Source of the DNA: a virus
Taxonomy: Duplodnaviria; Caudoviricetes
IMG/VR virus record: IMGVR_UViG_3300005937_000011
Span: 7,347-71,346 of that record
Length of the DNA stretch: 64,000 bases
Strand: one strand, 5' to 3'
Below are positions 1 through 8,062 of this stretch, one piece after another (positions within the stretch are counted from its first letter, which is position 1; every line of letters starts with the position of its first letter). The notes under the pieces are model-generated. The model made no database searches. It saw nothing but the letters and a program-made list of their open reading frames with translations, and had not been told where the DNA came from. The position numbers and the translations under genes are program-made.

Positions 1-2
1 AA

Positions 3-212
3 GAGTCTCGCGATGGGTTTCGCGTCTATCGTACAAAGTCCCTGAAAAACGCCGTGTTCATTCCTGAGCAGTTCACGCTGCAGCTCGATGGTGAGCCGAT
101 GGTGTCAAAGCCTGAGGGCGGGTACATCGTCTATGGTGGTAATCCAGCAAGGGCTTGGATTTGCGACAAGGACATTTTTGAAGAGTCGTATAAGTTGGAA
201 AGGACGAGCTGA
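3..212 (+). CDS. 5'-truncated phage hypothetical protein (ends ...GYIVYGGNPARAWICDKDIFEESYKLERTS*)
   Basis: Hand-translated open frame from nt 3 to TGA 210-212, which overlaps the next ATG; not in the ORF track. Confidence 0.7.
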   Translation, partial: ESRDGFRVYRTKSLKNAVFIPEQFTLQLDGEPMVSKPEGGYIVYGGNPARAWICDKDIFEESYKLERTS

Positions 213-514
213 TGGCAGAGCTCATAGTCCACCACGACACTACCGTGAAGTACGACAAGCCAGAGACGCGTTCTCAGCAACGTATCGAAGTTCCGGTGCG
301 ATATGTCGAGAGCGTCAAGCTGAGCCAGGGTAGGACTCGCATGATACCACGTGCTGTTACCGTGTTCGGCACAGTTGAGATAACGCACTATGACACAAGA
401 CGCGCAGAATACGGTAAATGCCACATTAACGGACATGTCGTAGTCGTAGTGGAAGACGGTACGAATGGCTGGAAAGCCGTTGATAGAAAGCCTGTACAAG
501 GCTGTATAGCATAA
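212..514 (+). CDS. Hypothetical protein
   Basis: Coupled to the upstream stop; AAGGA RBS. Confidence 0.7.
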   Translation: MAELIVHHDTTVKYDKPETRSQQRIEVPVRYVESVKLSQGRTRMIPRAVTVFGTVEITHYDTRRAEYGKCHINGHVVVVVEDGTNGWKAVDRKPVQGCIA

Positions 515-529
515 GAAAGAGGTTTAGAA

Positions 530-871
530 ATGGCAACTGTATATTATGCGAATGGTGAGACAAAAGAAGTTCAGCCAGCTAACGGGACTGACTTCAAATT
601 GAATGAGGTACGGGATATTGTGGAAGGGTACATTGAAGTTGTCAATCTTCCCGATGGTCGCATTATGCTGATCAATGAAGAGGGAAAGCTTGAAGGACTT
701 CCTCTCAACGAAGCCGCTACCAAACTGGCGGAATTGCCAACAAAGCTAGATTTGTGGAAGTACAGGCGCATTATGGAAGAGCTGGGAGTCTCTGTCATTG
801 ATGCGACGATGGGAGAAGAAGACTATATAGCTGGCAATGCGCTAGTCTGTGAGAATGATGAATTTCGATGA
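530..871 (+). CDS. DUF3846-like phage protein
   Basis: VEGYIEVV...MLINEEGKLEGLPLNEAAT motif; GAGG RBS. Confidence 0.75.
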   Translation: MATVYYANGETKEVQPANGTDFKLNEVRDIVEGYIEVVNLPDGRIMLINEEGKLEGLPLNEAATKLAELPTKLDLWKYRRIMEELGVSVIDATMGEEDYIAGNALVCENDEFR

Positions 872-886
872 AAGGAGGTGAAACAC

Positions 887-1069
887 GTGTTTGATATCCT
901 ACGTTTGCCAAGCGCTGAAGACTCGCAAGAACGTCTACAGCACTTCGAGACACTCAGACAAGAGGCTGTACAGTCTGGGGACGAGCGCAATGCTCAACAC
1001 TGGCAAGAGATGCAAACAATAGAGCAGCATGTATATCAAATTTTAGGAGGGCAAAGTGAAAGAAGATAA
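887..1069 (+). CDS. Hypothetical protein (GTG start at 887)
   Basis: AAGGAGG RBS upstream of GTG 887; in frame with track ORF 878..1069. Confidence 0.65.
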   Translation: MFDILRLPSAEDSQERLQHFETLRQEAVQSGDERNAQHWQEMQTIEQHVYQILGGQSERR

Positions 1070-1223
1070 GCCAAAGATAAAGTGCGAGAAGGACGGATGT
1101 CACGAGACAGCACAAGTTGAGATACGACGTGTGCATGGTGTAAAGAAAGAGTATCTCTGTACTATGCATGCAGAAGGATTGAAGCATAGCGGTGTGAAGA
1201 TAGTATCTGAGAAGGATATCTAG
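1056..1223 (+). CDS. Small Cys/His (Zn-finger-like) protein, 55 aa
   Basis: AGGAGG RBS at 1045-1050, GTG start; MKEDKPKIKCEKDGCHETA...YLCTMHA; hand-translated. Confidence 0.65.
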   Translation: MKEDKPKIKCEKDGCHETAQVEIRRVHGVKKEYLCTMHAEGLKHSGVKIVSEKDI

Positions 1224-1317
1224 AGTGGCGGCTAGCCTCAGTTGTGAAGGGCAGAGGCTAGCAACCTTGAAGGTTTTGAGTCATTGTAGCACAAATTTTA
1301 GAAAGTGAGTAAGTACT

Positions 1318-2340
1318 ATGTTAACCATAAAGTCAGCACAGAAGTTCAAACAATTCGCGAAAGTATGCATATGGGGCGTTCCAAAAGCGGGGAAGTCGCA
1401 CACGGCACTAGCTTTAGCAACGGCTATGGCTGGTGAGAATGGAAAGGTAGGTGTTATATCCTCTGAGTTCGGTTCGACAAAGCTTCTAGCTCATAAGTTC
1501 CCTCATGACATCATCGATTTGTCTGAAGCGGACGAGCATGATGGTGTACCAGTTCCGAATGCCTTTTCACCACAACGGTATGAGATGGCACTAAAGATGC
1601 TTATTGAGAGCGGATATGCAGCTATTGTGATTGATAGCCTCTCTCATTCCTGGGCTGGCAGTGGCGGTCTACTTGAGTCAGTAGGTAAGCACAAAAATAC
1701 CTTCTCTGACGGATGGGGTGAAAACTCGCCTGTCTATGATCACTTGGTTAACACGATAATAGCTGCAAAATGCCACATTATCGTTACTCTTCGAGCTAAA
1801 GATAAATATGTACAAGAAGAGTACACAAAACGAAACGGCGATAAAGGCAGCTCTCCTAAGAATGCAGGTGAAGCGCCTGTCATGCGTAAAGGTTTCGGCT
1901 TTGAATTCCAGGTTACCATGCGCATGGACAGCATGGTAGGACACATTGAGGCCTCTGCAGTTGAGGATTACATCCACAAGGGAGAGGAGATAGAAAAGCC
2001 AGGTCCTGAGCTTGCCTATCGTCTTCTAGAAGCTTTGGATGGTGCTCCACTACCTGAACCATCTCCTCAACAGGTAGAGATGAAAGCTTTGCTAGAAGAG
2101 CTTTATACTGCCAATCCAGGGAGCTATGCCAGATACCCAAACTGGGAACACTTGGCTCTCAGGAAAGCCCTAGAGATGCCATCTGGGCCATTGCCAGTGG
2201 ATTACACTGACGAGCAGGTGGAACTGATGAGGATTTATGTGGAGATGAAGAAAGCTCCTAAGCAAAAGCCTGTATTGAAATCTGTAGAAGGGCTCTACAG
2301 CAATATGAATGCAGCGCTAAAGGCAGAGGCAGAGAGTTAA
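1318..2340 (+). CDS. Phage AAA ATPase (AAA_24, Sak4-like recombination protein)
   Basis: Walker A GVPKAGKS; Walker B IVIDSLSH; IIVTLRAK motif. Confidence 0.8.
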   Translation: MLTIKSAQKFKQFAKVCIWGVPKAGKSHTALALATAMAGENGKVGVISSEFGSTKLLAHKFPHDIIDLSEADEHDGVPVPNAFSPQRYEMALKMLIESGYAAIVIDSLSHSWAGSGGLLESVGKHKNTFSDGWGENSPVYDHLVNTIIAAKCHIIVTLRAKDKYVQEEYTKRNGDKGSSPKNAGEAPVMRKGFGFEFQVTMRMDSMVGHIEASAVEDYIHKGEEIEKPGPELAYRLLEALDGAPLPEPSPQQVEMKALLEELYTANPGSYARYPNWEHLALRKALEMPSGPLPVDYTDEQVELMRIYVEMKKAPKQKPVLKSVEGLYSNMNAALKAEAES

Positions 2341-2373
2341 CAGCATAAACAGTAGTACGGGCTATCTGCTGAT

Positions 2374-2559
2374 GTGGATAGCCTTAGAAAGGATTTTGAG
2401 ATGGACAACCAACAAGAGCAGCAAAAGATGTACAACTGTGAAGGGTGTGGGATTACTACACCTGACAAAGAGCTTACAAATGTCATGGCTGGCATTCTGC
2501 TAGACATATATGCTGTGTGCCAAGAATGTCTGGAGAAATTGGAGAATGGTGATTTATGA
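2374..2559 (+). CDS. Small Zn-finger-like protein
   Basis: CEGC...CQEC; overlaps the next start. Confidence 0.6.
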   Translation: MDSLRKDFEMDNQQEQQKMYNCEGCGITTPDKELTNVMAGILLDIYAVCQECLEKLENGDL

Positions 2560-3332
2560 AAGTAGTGCATTGCAAGCGTGATCCATACGACGTCTACATC
2601 GGGCGTCCCGCTCGTGGGCTCAAAGGCTCGATATGGGCGAATCCGTTTCACATCGGCAAAGATGGCACGCGTGACGAGGTTATCGAGAAGTACAGGTGGT
2701 ACATTCTCGGCAAACCTGAGTTGCTAGTGCGATTGGAAGAGTTGAGAGGGCAAGTTTTAGGTTGTTGGTGCTCACCGGAGAAATGCCATGGTGAAGTTTT
2801 GGTGGAATTACTAGAAGCTAGACAGGACATTCAAGTGGATACGCTCTTCGATTTTGAAGAGGCACGGCAACAAGTCAAGCCTTTGCTGGATTGGTCTGGC
2901 GAAGAAATACCGATCAAGAAGCCGATCGAGTCAGACAATCCAATGGTTAGGGCATTTGGTCGAGGACCTGAAGGCAAAAAGTGCAAAGAATGCGAATTCC
3001 TGATCAGATATCACTGGCGTAGTACTAGCTACTTCAAATGTGAGAAGAGAGGCATAACACACGGTCCTGGAACGGATCATCGCTTAAAGTACGAAGCTTG
3101 CAGTAAATTTGAGCAAGAGAAGCCAGAGGTGAAAGAGCCTGAGCCACCTAACCAGTCATTTACCGAGGTGTGTCCTCAGTGCCAAGGTGAGATTAAGCTG
3201 CTTTACAAACATGGTGTGTGGAGCTGCAGTACATGCAAAATCAAGATTGCTCAGACACGGGAAGAGGGTATCACCAGGATTGAGCCACTTATGACGTTCA
3301 GTATATCGCCACTGGAGACAAAGCATGGCTAA
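2556..3332 (+). CDS. DUF4326-like domain fused to Cys-rich (Zn-ribbon) C-terminus
   Basis: YDVYIGRP..WANPF..TRDEVIEKY..LGCWCSPEKCHGEVL; later CxxC pairs. Confidence 0.75.
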   Translation: MKVVHCKRDPYDVYIGRPARGLKGSIWANPFHIGKDGTRDEVIEKYRWYILGKPELLVRLEELRGQVLGCWCSPEKCHGEVLVELLEARQDIQVDTLFDFEEARQQVKPLLDWSGEEIPIKKPIESDNPMVRAFGRGPEGKKCKECEFLIRYHWRSTSYFKCEKRGITHGPGTDHRLKYEACSKFEQEKPEVKEPEPPNQSFTEVCPQCQGEIKLLYKHGVWSCSTCKIKIAQTREEGITRIEPLMTFSISPLETKHG

Positions 3333-3777
3333 GATAGCAGGCTATATCTTGCAACACGAGATTGACAGAGGTGATGCTTGGCTCAATTCAGTAGATCCGG
3401 AGTACACGGACAGGTATGCGGTTCACAGGCAATGCGCTTGGAACTTTGAGGCTCTAGATCCTGATGAGCTTCACTGTCTGGAGAAGATACCACTGGACGA
3501 TGCAAGTCTGCATGTGTGCCATTATTGCAATAGAAAGCTCTCTGAGCCTGCTCGTTTCTCGTTTGAGGTAGTCAAGATAGACGATCTCGTGTCGCAGTAC
3601 TTTGAAGCGTTAGACGCTGGACTTGATATGAGGATAGAGAAGATAATGCAGTTTGCTATGAAGCGTGGTGTGCTAGACGAATTAAATGACGTTATTTGTA
3701 TGTTGCACATGAAGATGGATACTGAGTCTGATGTGCCATATGTACAGCAGGTAGAGCAGTACAGAAAGAGAGGATGA
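3325..3777 (+). CDS. Hypothetical protein
   Basis: Coupled ORF within operon. Confidence 0.6.
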   Translation: MAKIAGYILQHEIDRGDAWLNSVDPEYTDRYAVHRQCAWNFEALDPDELHCLEKIPLDDASLHVCHYCNRKLSEPARFSFEVVKIDDLVSQYFEALDAGLDMRIEKIMQFAMKRGVLDELNDVICMLHMKMDTESDVPYVQQVEQYRKRG

Positions 3778-3781
3778 AAGG

Positions 3782-4093
3782 ATGAATTTCACCATCTGGA
3801 TACGCAACCCATACCCGTTCCGCTACGATGAGCTAGAGGCCATACAAGACGCTCTGCAGCTCACATACACACGTACTGCCGTGTACCTGCAAGAATGGCC
3901 TGTACATTGGGTTTCAGTAGACAGGACGAACATCACAACGTGTAGGCAGATTGCCTTGACTCTCAGGACAATACACAAGCAATGGGCAATACAGGACAAG
4001 AAGAACACAGGGCGCGTCTATTGTGAAGAGTTAGATATTGTTATCCAGGGGCCAAATGATGCTAAGCCTGAATGGGCTAAGAAAGCGAGTTGA
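3782..4093 (+). CDS. Hypothetical protein
   Basis: RBS; operon continuity. Confidence 0.6.
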   Translation: MNFTIWIRNPYPFRYDELEAIQDALQLTYTRTAVYLQEWPVHWVSVDRTNITTCRQIALTLRTIHKQWAIQDKKNTGRVYCEELDIVIQGPNDAKPEWAKKAS

Positions 4094-4097
4094 AAGA

Positions 4098-4289
4098 ATG
4101 CTAGAAGAGAAACAAATACGCTATCAGCAATATCTTGCTGATGTGGCAGGTAGAAAGCTTGAGATATCAGAGAAAGGTATTATGCTTGACAGGTGGACAT
4201 ATCCATTTTTATTGGATGAGAACGGATACAAGAACACAGTGCATAATTTGCAGCTTGATATCTCGTTTAATAGGCAGTATGGGAAGTAG
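4098..4289 (+). CDS. Hypothetical protein (probable ATG at 4098)
   Basis: In frame with track ORF 4038..4289; follows the previous stop. Confidence 0.55.
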   Translation: MLEEKQIRYQQYLADVAGRKLEISEKGIMLDRWTYPFLLDENGYKNTVHNLQLDISFNRQYGK

Positions 4290-4390
4290 ATAAGAAAGAG
4301 CGAGCTGTGCTGTAGCGCTAAAACCTGTGTTGGTGAATTTCGAAAATATGTCAGCTCGCTCTTGTCTACATCGTAGCATCACAAGTCAAC

Positions 4391-4418
4391 TTGACATCAG
4401 GTGTTAATGTTGTAGAAT
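4391..4418 (+). promoter_or_regulatory. Sigma70/SigA-type promoter
   Basis: TTGACA-16bp-TAGAAT. Confidence 0.65.
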
Positions 4419-4424
4419 AGATGC

Positions 4425-4534
4425 ATGTCAATAGTTTAGCTTCGATTGTTGCCAAGAGAGAAAGGAAGGGTATCGATATGTGAGCCCGCTAAGAACGGGA
4501 TAGGCCTGCTCAGCACAAGGGCAGGCTTTTTTTT
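4425..4534 (+). ncRNA. Candidate ~110-nt small RNA
   Basis: Bounded by a consensus promoter and an intrinsic terminator; no substantial ORF. Confidence 0.4.
4504..4534 (+). terminator. Intrinsic terminator
   Basis: GCCTGCTC/GGGCAGGC stem followed by T8. Confidence 0.8.
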
Positions 4535-4640
4535 GTTGCTCTGTGCTATACTCGTGTGGGCACGCGCACTCTGACGACATGCCTCCTAGAGAAGGCGAAT
4601 CTGCAACTATTTGTGCGTGCTCTTACTTTTGCTTGTTTTG

Positions 4641-5663
4641 TCAATAAGATAACTTCACTCCTTCATTCGCTATCTTGCCATCGTCGGCATACCTAAGAGG
4701 CATAGCTGAACTAGACCATCCACCTGCCTGCTGCATAGATTTGATGTCTGTCCCATTCTTGATAGCATTCTTTGCCCACATATGTCTCATATCATGAGCT
4801 GAGAGGCCTTTCACATCTACCCTCTCAGCCAGGACTCGCACTCTATCGGTTATGGCCCGTTCACTCATTCTTCCTTCCAGCTTCCCGCCTTTCCTGCTAC
4901 CTGTCAGCAGGTATTCCTTCGGTTTGCAAACTTCTAGATAGCGCATAGCAGCTAGCAGCGTGTCTCCAGTCAGTTTATGTGTCTGTGTTTTGTCTACCTT
5001 TTGCCTATAGAAGACGAGAGTACCCTCGGAGAGATTAAGATTCTTCGGAGTAAGAGCGGCTACTTCACCACATCTGAGGCCATGGTCTAAGAGCAAACAC
5101 ATCAGGAATGCATCACGGCGGCCCTGTGGTGTATCTGGATGGCCACTCTTAAGAGCCTTAGCCTGCTCTGGTGAAATGAATACAGCTTCAGCTTTCTTCT
5201 TGCCTATGCGAGTAACTTCTCGTTTTTCATCTACATTTCTACCTTCTTTATGTCTGTAGCTCTCAACTGTCTTAATGAGAGCATATTCCTGCTGTGTAAG
5301 CACACCCGCTTTCATGGCTAATTTGGCATAAACCTTTACTGTTGAGATATGCGCATTAATTGAAGCTATAGCATAGCCTTTCTCTAGTTGCCATCTCTTG
5401 AAAGTTTCTAGCAACCCAAAGGTGATGCCTTGCCATTCTGCAGCATCATCTAGTAAATTCTCTTTTACCATGCCTACATTCTTGAGAAAGGCAGAGAATA
5501 AAGCAATATCATCTCTATGTCTTTTGAGAGTATTTTTTGCTATTTTCTCTTTGTAGTCATTAAAAGCATTCGATGCTGCATACTCATTAGCAAGTTGCCC
5601 AACTGAGAGAGAGTGAGATGGTACAGGTACTAAGTCCATTACGTGTATCCTTCCTTGCTGCAA
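4641..5663 (-). CDS. Tyrosine recombinase (Cre/Xer-like, 340 aa, no obvious arm-binding domain)
   Basis: Catalytic R (HGLRCGEV), HDMRH, W (QAGGW), Y (PLRY). Confidence 0.92.
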   Translation of the reverse strand: MQQGRIHVMDLVPVPSHSLSVGQLANEYAASNAFNDYKEKIAKNTLKRHRDDIALFSAFLKNVGMVKENLLDDAAEWQGITFGLLETFKRWQLEKGYAIASINAHISTVKVYAKLAMKAGVLTQQEYALIKTVESYRHKEGRNVDEKREVTRIGKKKAEAVFISPEQAKALKSGHPDTPQGRRDAFLMCLLLDHGLRCGEVAALTPKNLNLSEGTLVFYRQKVDKTQTHKLTGDTLLAAMRYLEVCKPKEYLLTGSRKGGKLEGRMSERAITDRVRVLAERVDVKGLSAHDMRHMWAKNAIKNGTDIKSMQQAGGWSSSAMPLRYADDGKIANEGVKLSY

Positions 5664-5725
5664 ATTACTGGATAGCTACCAAATAGGTGCCTATATGTCC
5701 CAAGTATCGGTAGCCATTGCTCTCT

Positions 5726-5754
5726 ATTTTGACGCATATGCATCATGTTGTCAA
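5726..5754 (-). promoter_or_regulatory. Promoter for the recombinase with an overlapping near-palindromic operator
   Basis: TTGACA-17bp-CAAAAT on minus strand; TGACGCATATGCATCA (14/16 palindrome) at 5730-5745. Confidence 0.55.
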
Positions 5755-5819
5755 GAGTTTCGTACATCAAAATTTCATGTTATACTACTCTTGAAAAATA
5801 CTTTTGTTGAGGTCTATCA

Positions 5820-6032
5820 TTGACCCGTAAAATTACACCTGCTACAGCGTACATTTCTGCTAGCAAGGCGGCTGAGATATTATCAAAGAAATGCGGTCGC
5901 CGAGTGTTGCCTCAAAACATATCTCGACTCAAGAACGTCCGTTTCATCAAAGTGAACGATAAGTGCAAAATGTATCTACAGACAGATATTGAAGCATATC
6001 CTATTAGAAAGAGAGAAGTAAAGCATGAATGA
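5820..6032 (+). CDS. Small winged-helix/excisionase-like DNA-binding protein
   Basis: YISASKAAEILS...KMYLQTDIE pattern; divergent from recombinase; extended -10 TGtTATACT upstream. Confidence 0.55.
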   Translation: MTRKITPATAYISASKAAEILSKKCGRRVLPQNISRLKNVRFIKVNDKCKMYLQTDIEAYPIRKREVKHE

Positions 6033-6255
6033 AGAGTTACGCAATATTATAGGCAAAGCAGCCTATGAAGTACTTGAGCTAGAGTTACCTGATATCCATC
6101 CCCTATGGTGGGATGAGTTATCTCCTGAGAAACAAGAAATCAACAAGAAAGCTGCTGAATCTGCTGTAAGTGCATATTTGCAGTATATACGTTCAGAGAG
6201 AGGTGAGTACTTTGACGGGAATGGGGACATGATAGTGCCTGATTATGCTGAATGA
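6025..6255 (+). CDS. Hypothetical protein
   Basis: Coupled ORF. Confidence 0.6.
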   Translation: MNEELRNIIGKAAYEVLELELPDIHPLWWDELSPEKQEINKKAAESAVSAYLQYIRSERGEYFDGNGDMIVPDYAE

Positions 6256-6725
6256 GTGAATTGAGTAAGAAAATGAGCGAGACAATCAAGTGGGATGAAT
6301 TGACTGATAAGGATAAAGTGAAACTTATTCTAGAATATGTGATACCTCATGGTATGGGTGACCATATCGTCTTCAGGGATCTTCACATTGTCGTTGAGAG
6401 ACACGAAAAGCCAACACGGTGGCCTATAGCAGCCTGGGATGATTTCCCGCCTGGCGCGTGGTGGATACGAGACTTTGGCGACGATAACGATACGCACTTT
6501 GATCCTTTGCACGATATGAATGATGCATGGAAGATTGTAGAGCATTTCAAGAAGCCTGAAATACCGGGGCATGCACAAGCAGGGTTCTACCGATGGCTTA
6601 GAGCTTTTTCCACGCCTGACCCTTGGGATACGACCAAGGACTATGTTGATTGGATTTATGGCGTTAATGCTGATAATATTTGTAAAGCCGCATTAAAGGC
6701 TGTAGGTGTGGAAATTGAAGGTTGA
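6252..6725 (+). CDS. Phage ABA-sandwich-like domain protein
   Basis: FDPLHDMNDAWKIVEHF...ICKAALKAVG motif. Confidence 0.6.
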   Translation: MSELSKKMSETIKWDELTDKDKVKLILEYVIPHGMGDHIVFRDLHIVVERHEKPTRWPIAAWDDFPPGAWWIRDFGDDNDTHFDPLHDMNDAWKIVEHFKKPEIPGHAQAGFYRWLRAFSTPDPWDTTKDYVDWIYGVNADNICKAALKAVGVEIEG

Positions 6726-6780
6726 CGATTTATGCTATGCTGGTTCTGGCACACCTTGCGACCAACCCATCGTACAAGAG

Positions 6781-6843
6781 AGCCTCTCTCATCAGTAGCT
6801 CTGGAAGCTTTGCGCTTCGAGTGAAAGTTGGGAGAGGTTTTTT
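6781..6843 (+). terminator. Long imperfect hairpin with U tail
   Basis: AGCCTCTCTCA/TGGGAGAGGTT closing stem, inner GAAGC/GCTTC stem, then T-run. Confidence 0.55.
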
Positions 6844-6877
6844 GCTGCTCCCAAAACGCGTCTCTTGTCATATCGTC

Positions 6878-6906
6878 TTTACAACAGCTATGACTAATGT
6901 TAGAAT
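6878..6906 (+). promoter_or_regulatory. Promoter at the head of the late (packaging/structural) operon
   Basis: TTTACA-17bp-TAGAAT with extended -10 TG. Confidence 0.65.
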
Positions 6907-7029
6907 TAGAACAGAACAACGATTGGATTGTTCGGAGTTGAAACGTTGGTCATTATTAAGCCCCCCCGTATCAACTCAGAGACTGAACACACACCCTCAC
7001 ATGTATCAGCTAAGCAAAGGAGTCGGGCA

Positions 7030-7179
7030 ATGCGAGATGTCACGTTTGGCAATAGGCACCTTCGCATTGTTCGTCTCCGACGCACACCAGTCACAATATC
7101 CACTGACGCAATCATCCTGGTGTTGTTCTTGTTGGCTGGATATGCAATACGGGCATTATTCGAGAAGTCGCATAAATGA
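7030..7179 (+). CDS. Small single-TM protein (49 aa)
   Basis: AAAGGAG RBS before ATG 7030; hydrophobic AIILVLFLLAGYAI. Confidence 0.55.
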   Translation: MRDVTFGNRHLRIVRLRRTPVTISTDAIILVLFLLAGYAIRALFEKSHK

Positions 7180-7577
7180 ATGATATAGCATCTAAACTCA
7201 CATCAAATATCGAAGTCACAAGCACAATCGTCAAGAAGGTGCAATTAGAGCACACTGTCTTCTTTCTGAAGTTTCCATACATCAAATACCGTTATTTCTT
7301 TGATATGAACAATACATGCACAAAAGACTTTGAAGGCGTGGTAACGATTGGGCTGTATAGAGAGATAGGCAAGCTGAGACAGTTAGGGCGTAAAGCGTTC
7401 AAGGTGGCTATACCTGCTGGGAGGCATAAGGTTGTGTGGGTGGATTTGTATACTGGGCCTGTGAGTACGCACGGTGAGTATGGTGCAGCGCATTTTGATT
7501 GGATGATGCAAGTTGAGGGTGATGAGACGGTGAATGGGCAAGGGTTGATTACGAGTAAGTACGAAGATTTGAGTTGA
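7176..7577 (+). CDS. Hypothetical protein
   Basis: ATGA-coupled ORF. Confidence 0.6.
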   Translation: MNDIASKLTSNIEVTSTIVKKVQLEHTVFFLKFPYIKYRYFFDMNNTCTKDFEGVVTIGLYREIGKLRQLGRKAFKVAIPAGRHKVVWVDLYTGPVSTHGEYGAAHFDWMMQVEGDETVNGQGLITSKYEDLS

Positions 7578-7585
7578 GGTGAGGT

Positions 7586-8062
7586 ATGGAAGAAGAGCGT
7601 AAATCCTGGGAGCAAATGGTTGACAAAGGTGAGCCCGACTTGTGGTATGGTCGGTTCGTCAAATATTTGCGACTGGGCACAAAGCGCTCTGTCAATGCCT
7701 TGTACGTCAAAGAAGCTAAAACAGCGAGAAACAGCGAGAAGCAGCGAGAATTAGAGGCTGGCGGGGACTGGTATAAGGCAGAAAAAGAGTGGAACTGGAA
7801 GGAACGCGCTAGGGTTTATGATTTGGAGCAAGAAAAGCAAAGAAGAGAGGAAGAAGAGAAGCAGAGGGAAGAAGATCTTGAAGCTGTAAGAAAGATGCTG
7901 TTAAGCCATATTCAAGCTGAAGTTGATAAATCATCTACATCTCAGATACAAGCGGCTAGATTGCTTATAGAGCACTATGCAACATCGGATGAGATCGCTC
8001 AGATTAAAGAGCAGATGGACATGCTTCAAGAGACGCTCAAATCGTTAGGAGCTGAGCTATGA
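7586..8062 (+). CDS. Putative terminase small subunit
   Basis: SWEQ...GEPDLWYGRF..Y..LG.KRSV...WNWKERARVYD pattern; directly upstream of TerL. Confidence 0.7.
   Translation: MEEERKSWEQMVDKGEPDLWYGRFVKYLRLGTKRSVNALYVKEAKTARNSEKQRELEAGGDWYKAEKEWNWKERARVYDLEQEKQRREEEEKQREEDLEAVRKMLLSHIQAEVDKSSTSQIQAARLLIEHYATSDEIAQIKEQMDMLQETLKSLGAEL

Noticed and set aside
4296-4622. tRNA genes or tRNA-derived att site
   Set aside because: The closing stems and a TTCGAA/GCGAATC patch look superficially tRNA-like, but canonical D, anticodon and T arms cannot be built.
6722-7183. 153-aa plus-strand ORF from the track
   Set aside because: It runs through a terminator-like hairpin and a consensus promoter, has no RBS, and a better start with an RBS exists at 7030 in another frame.
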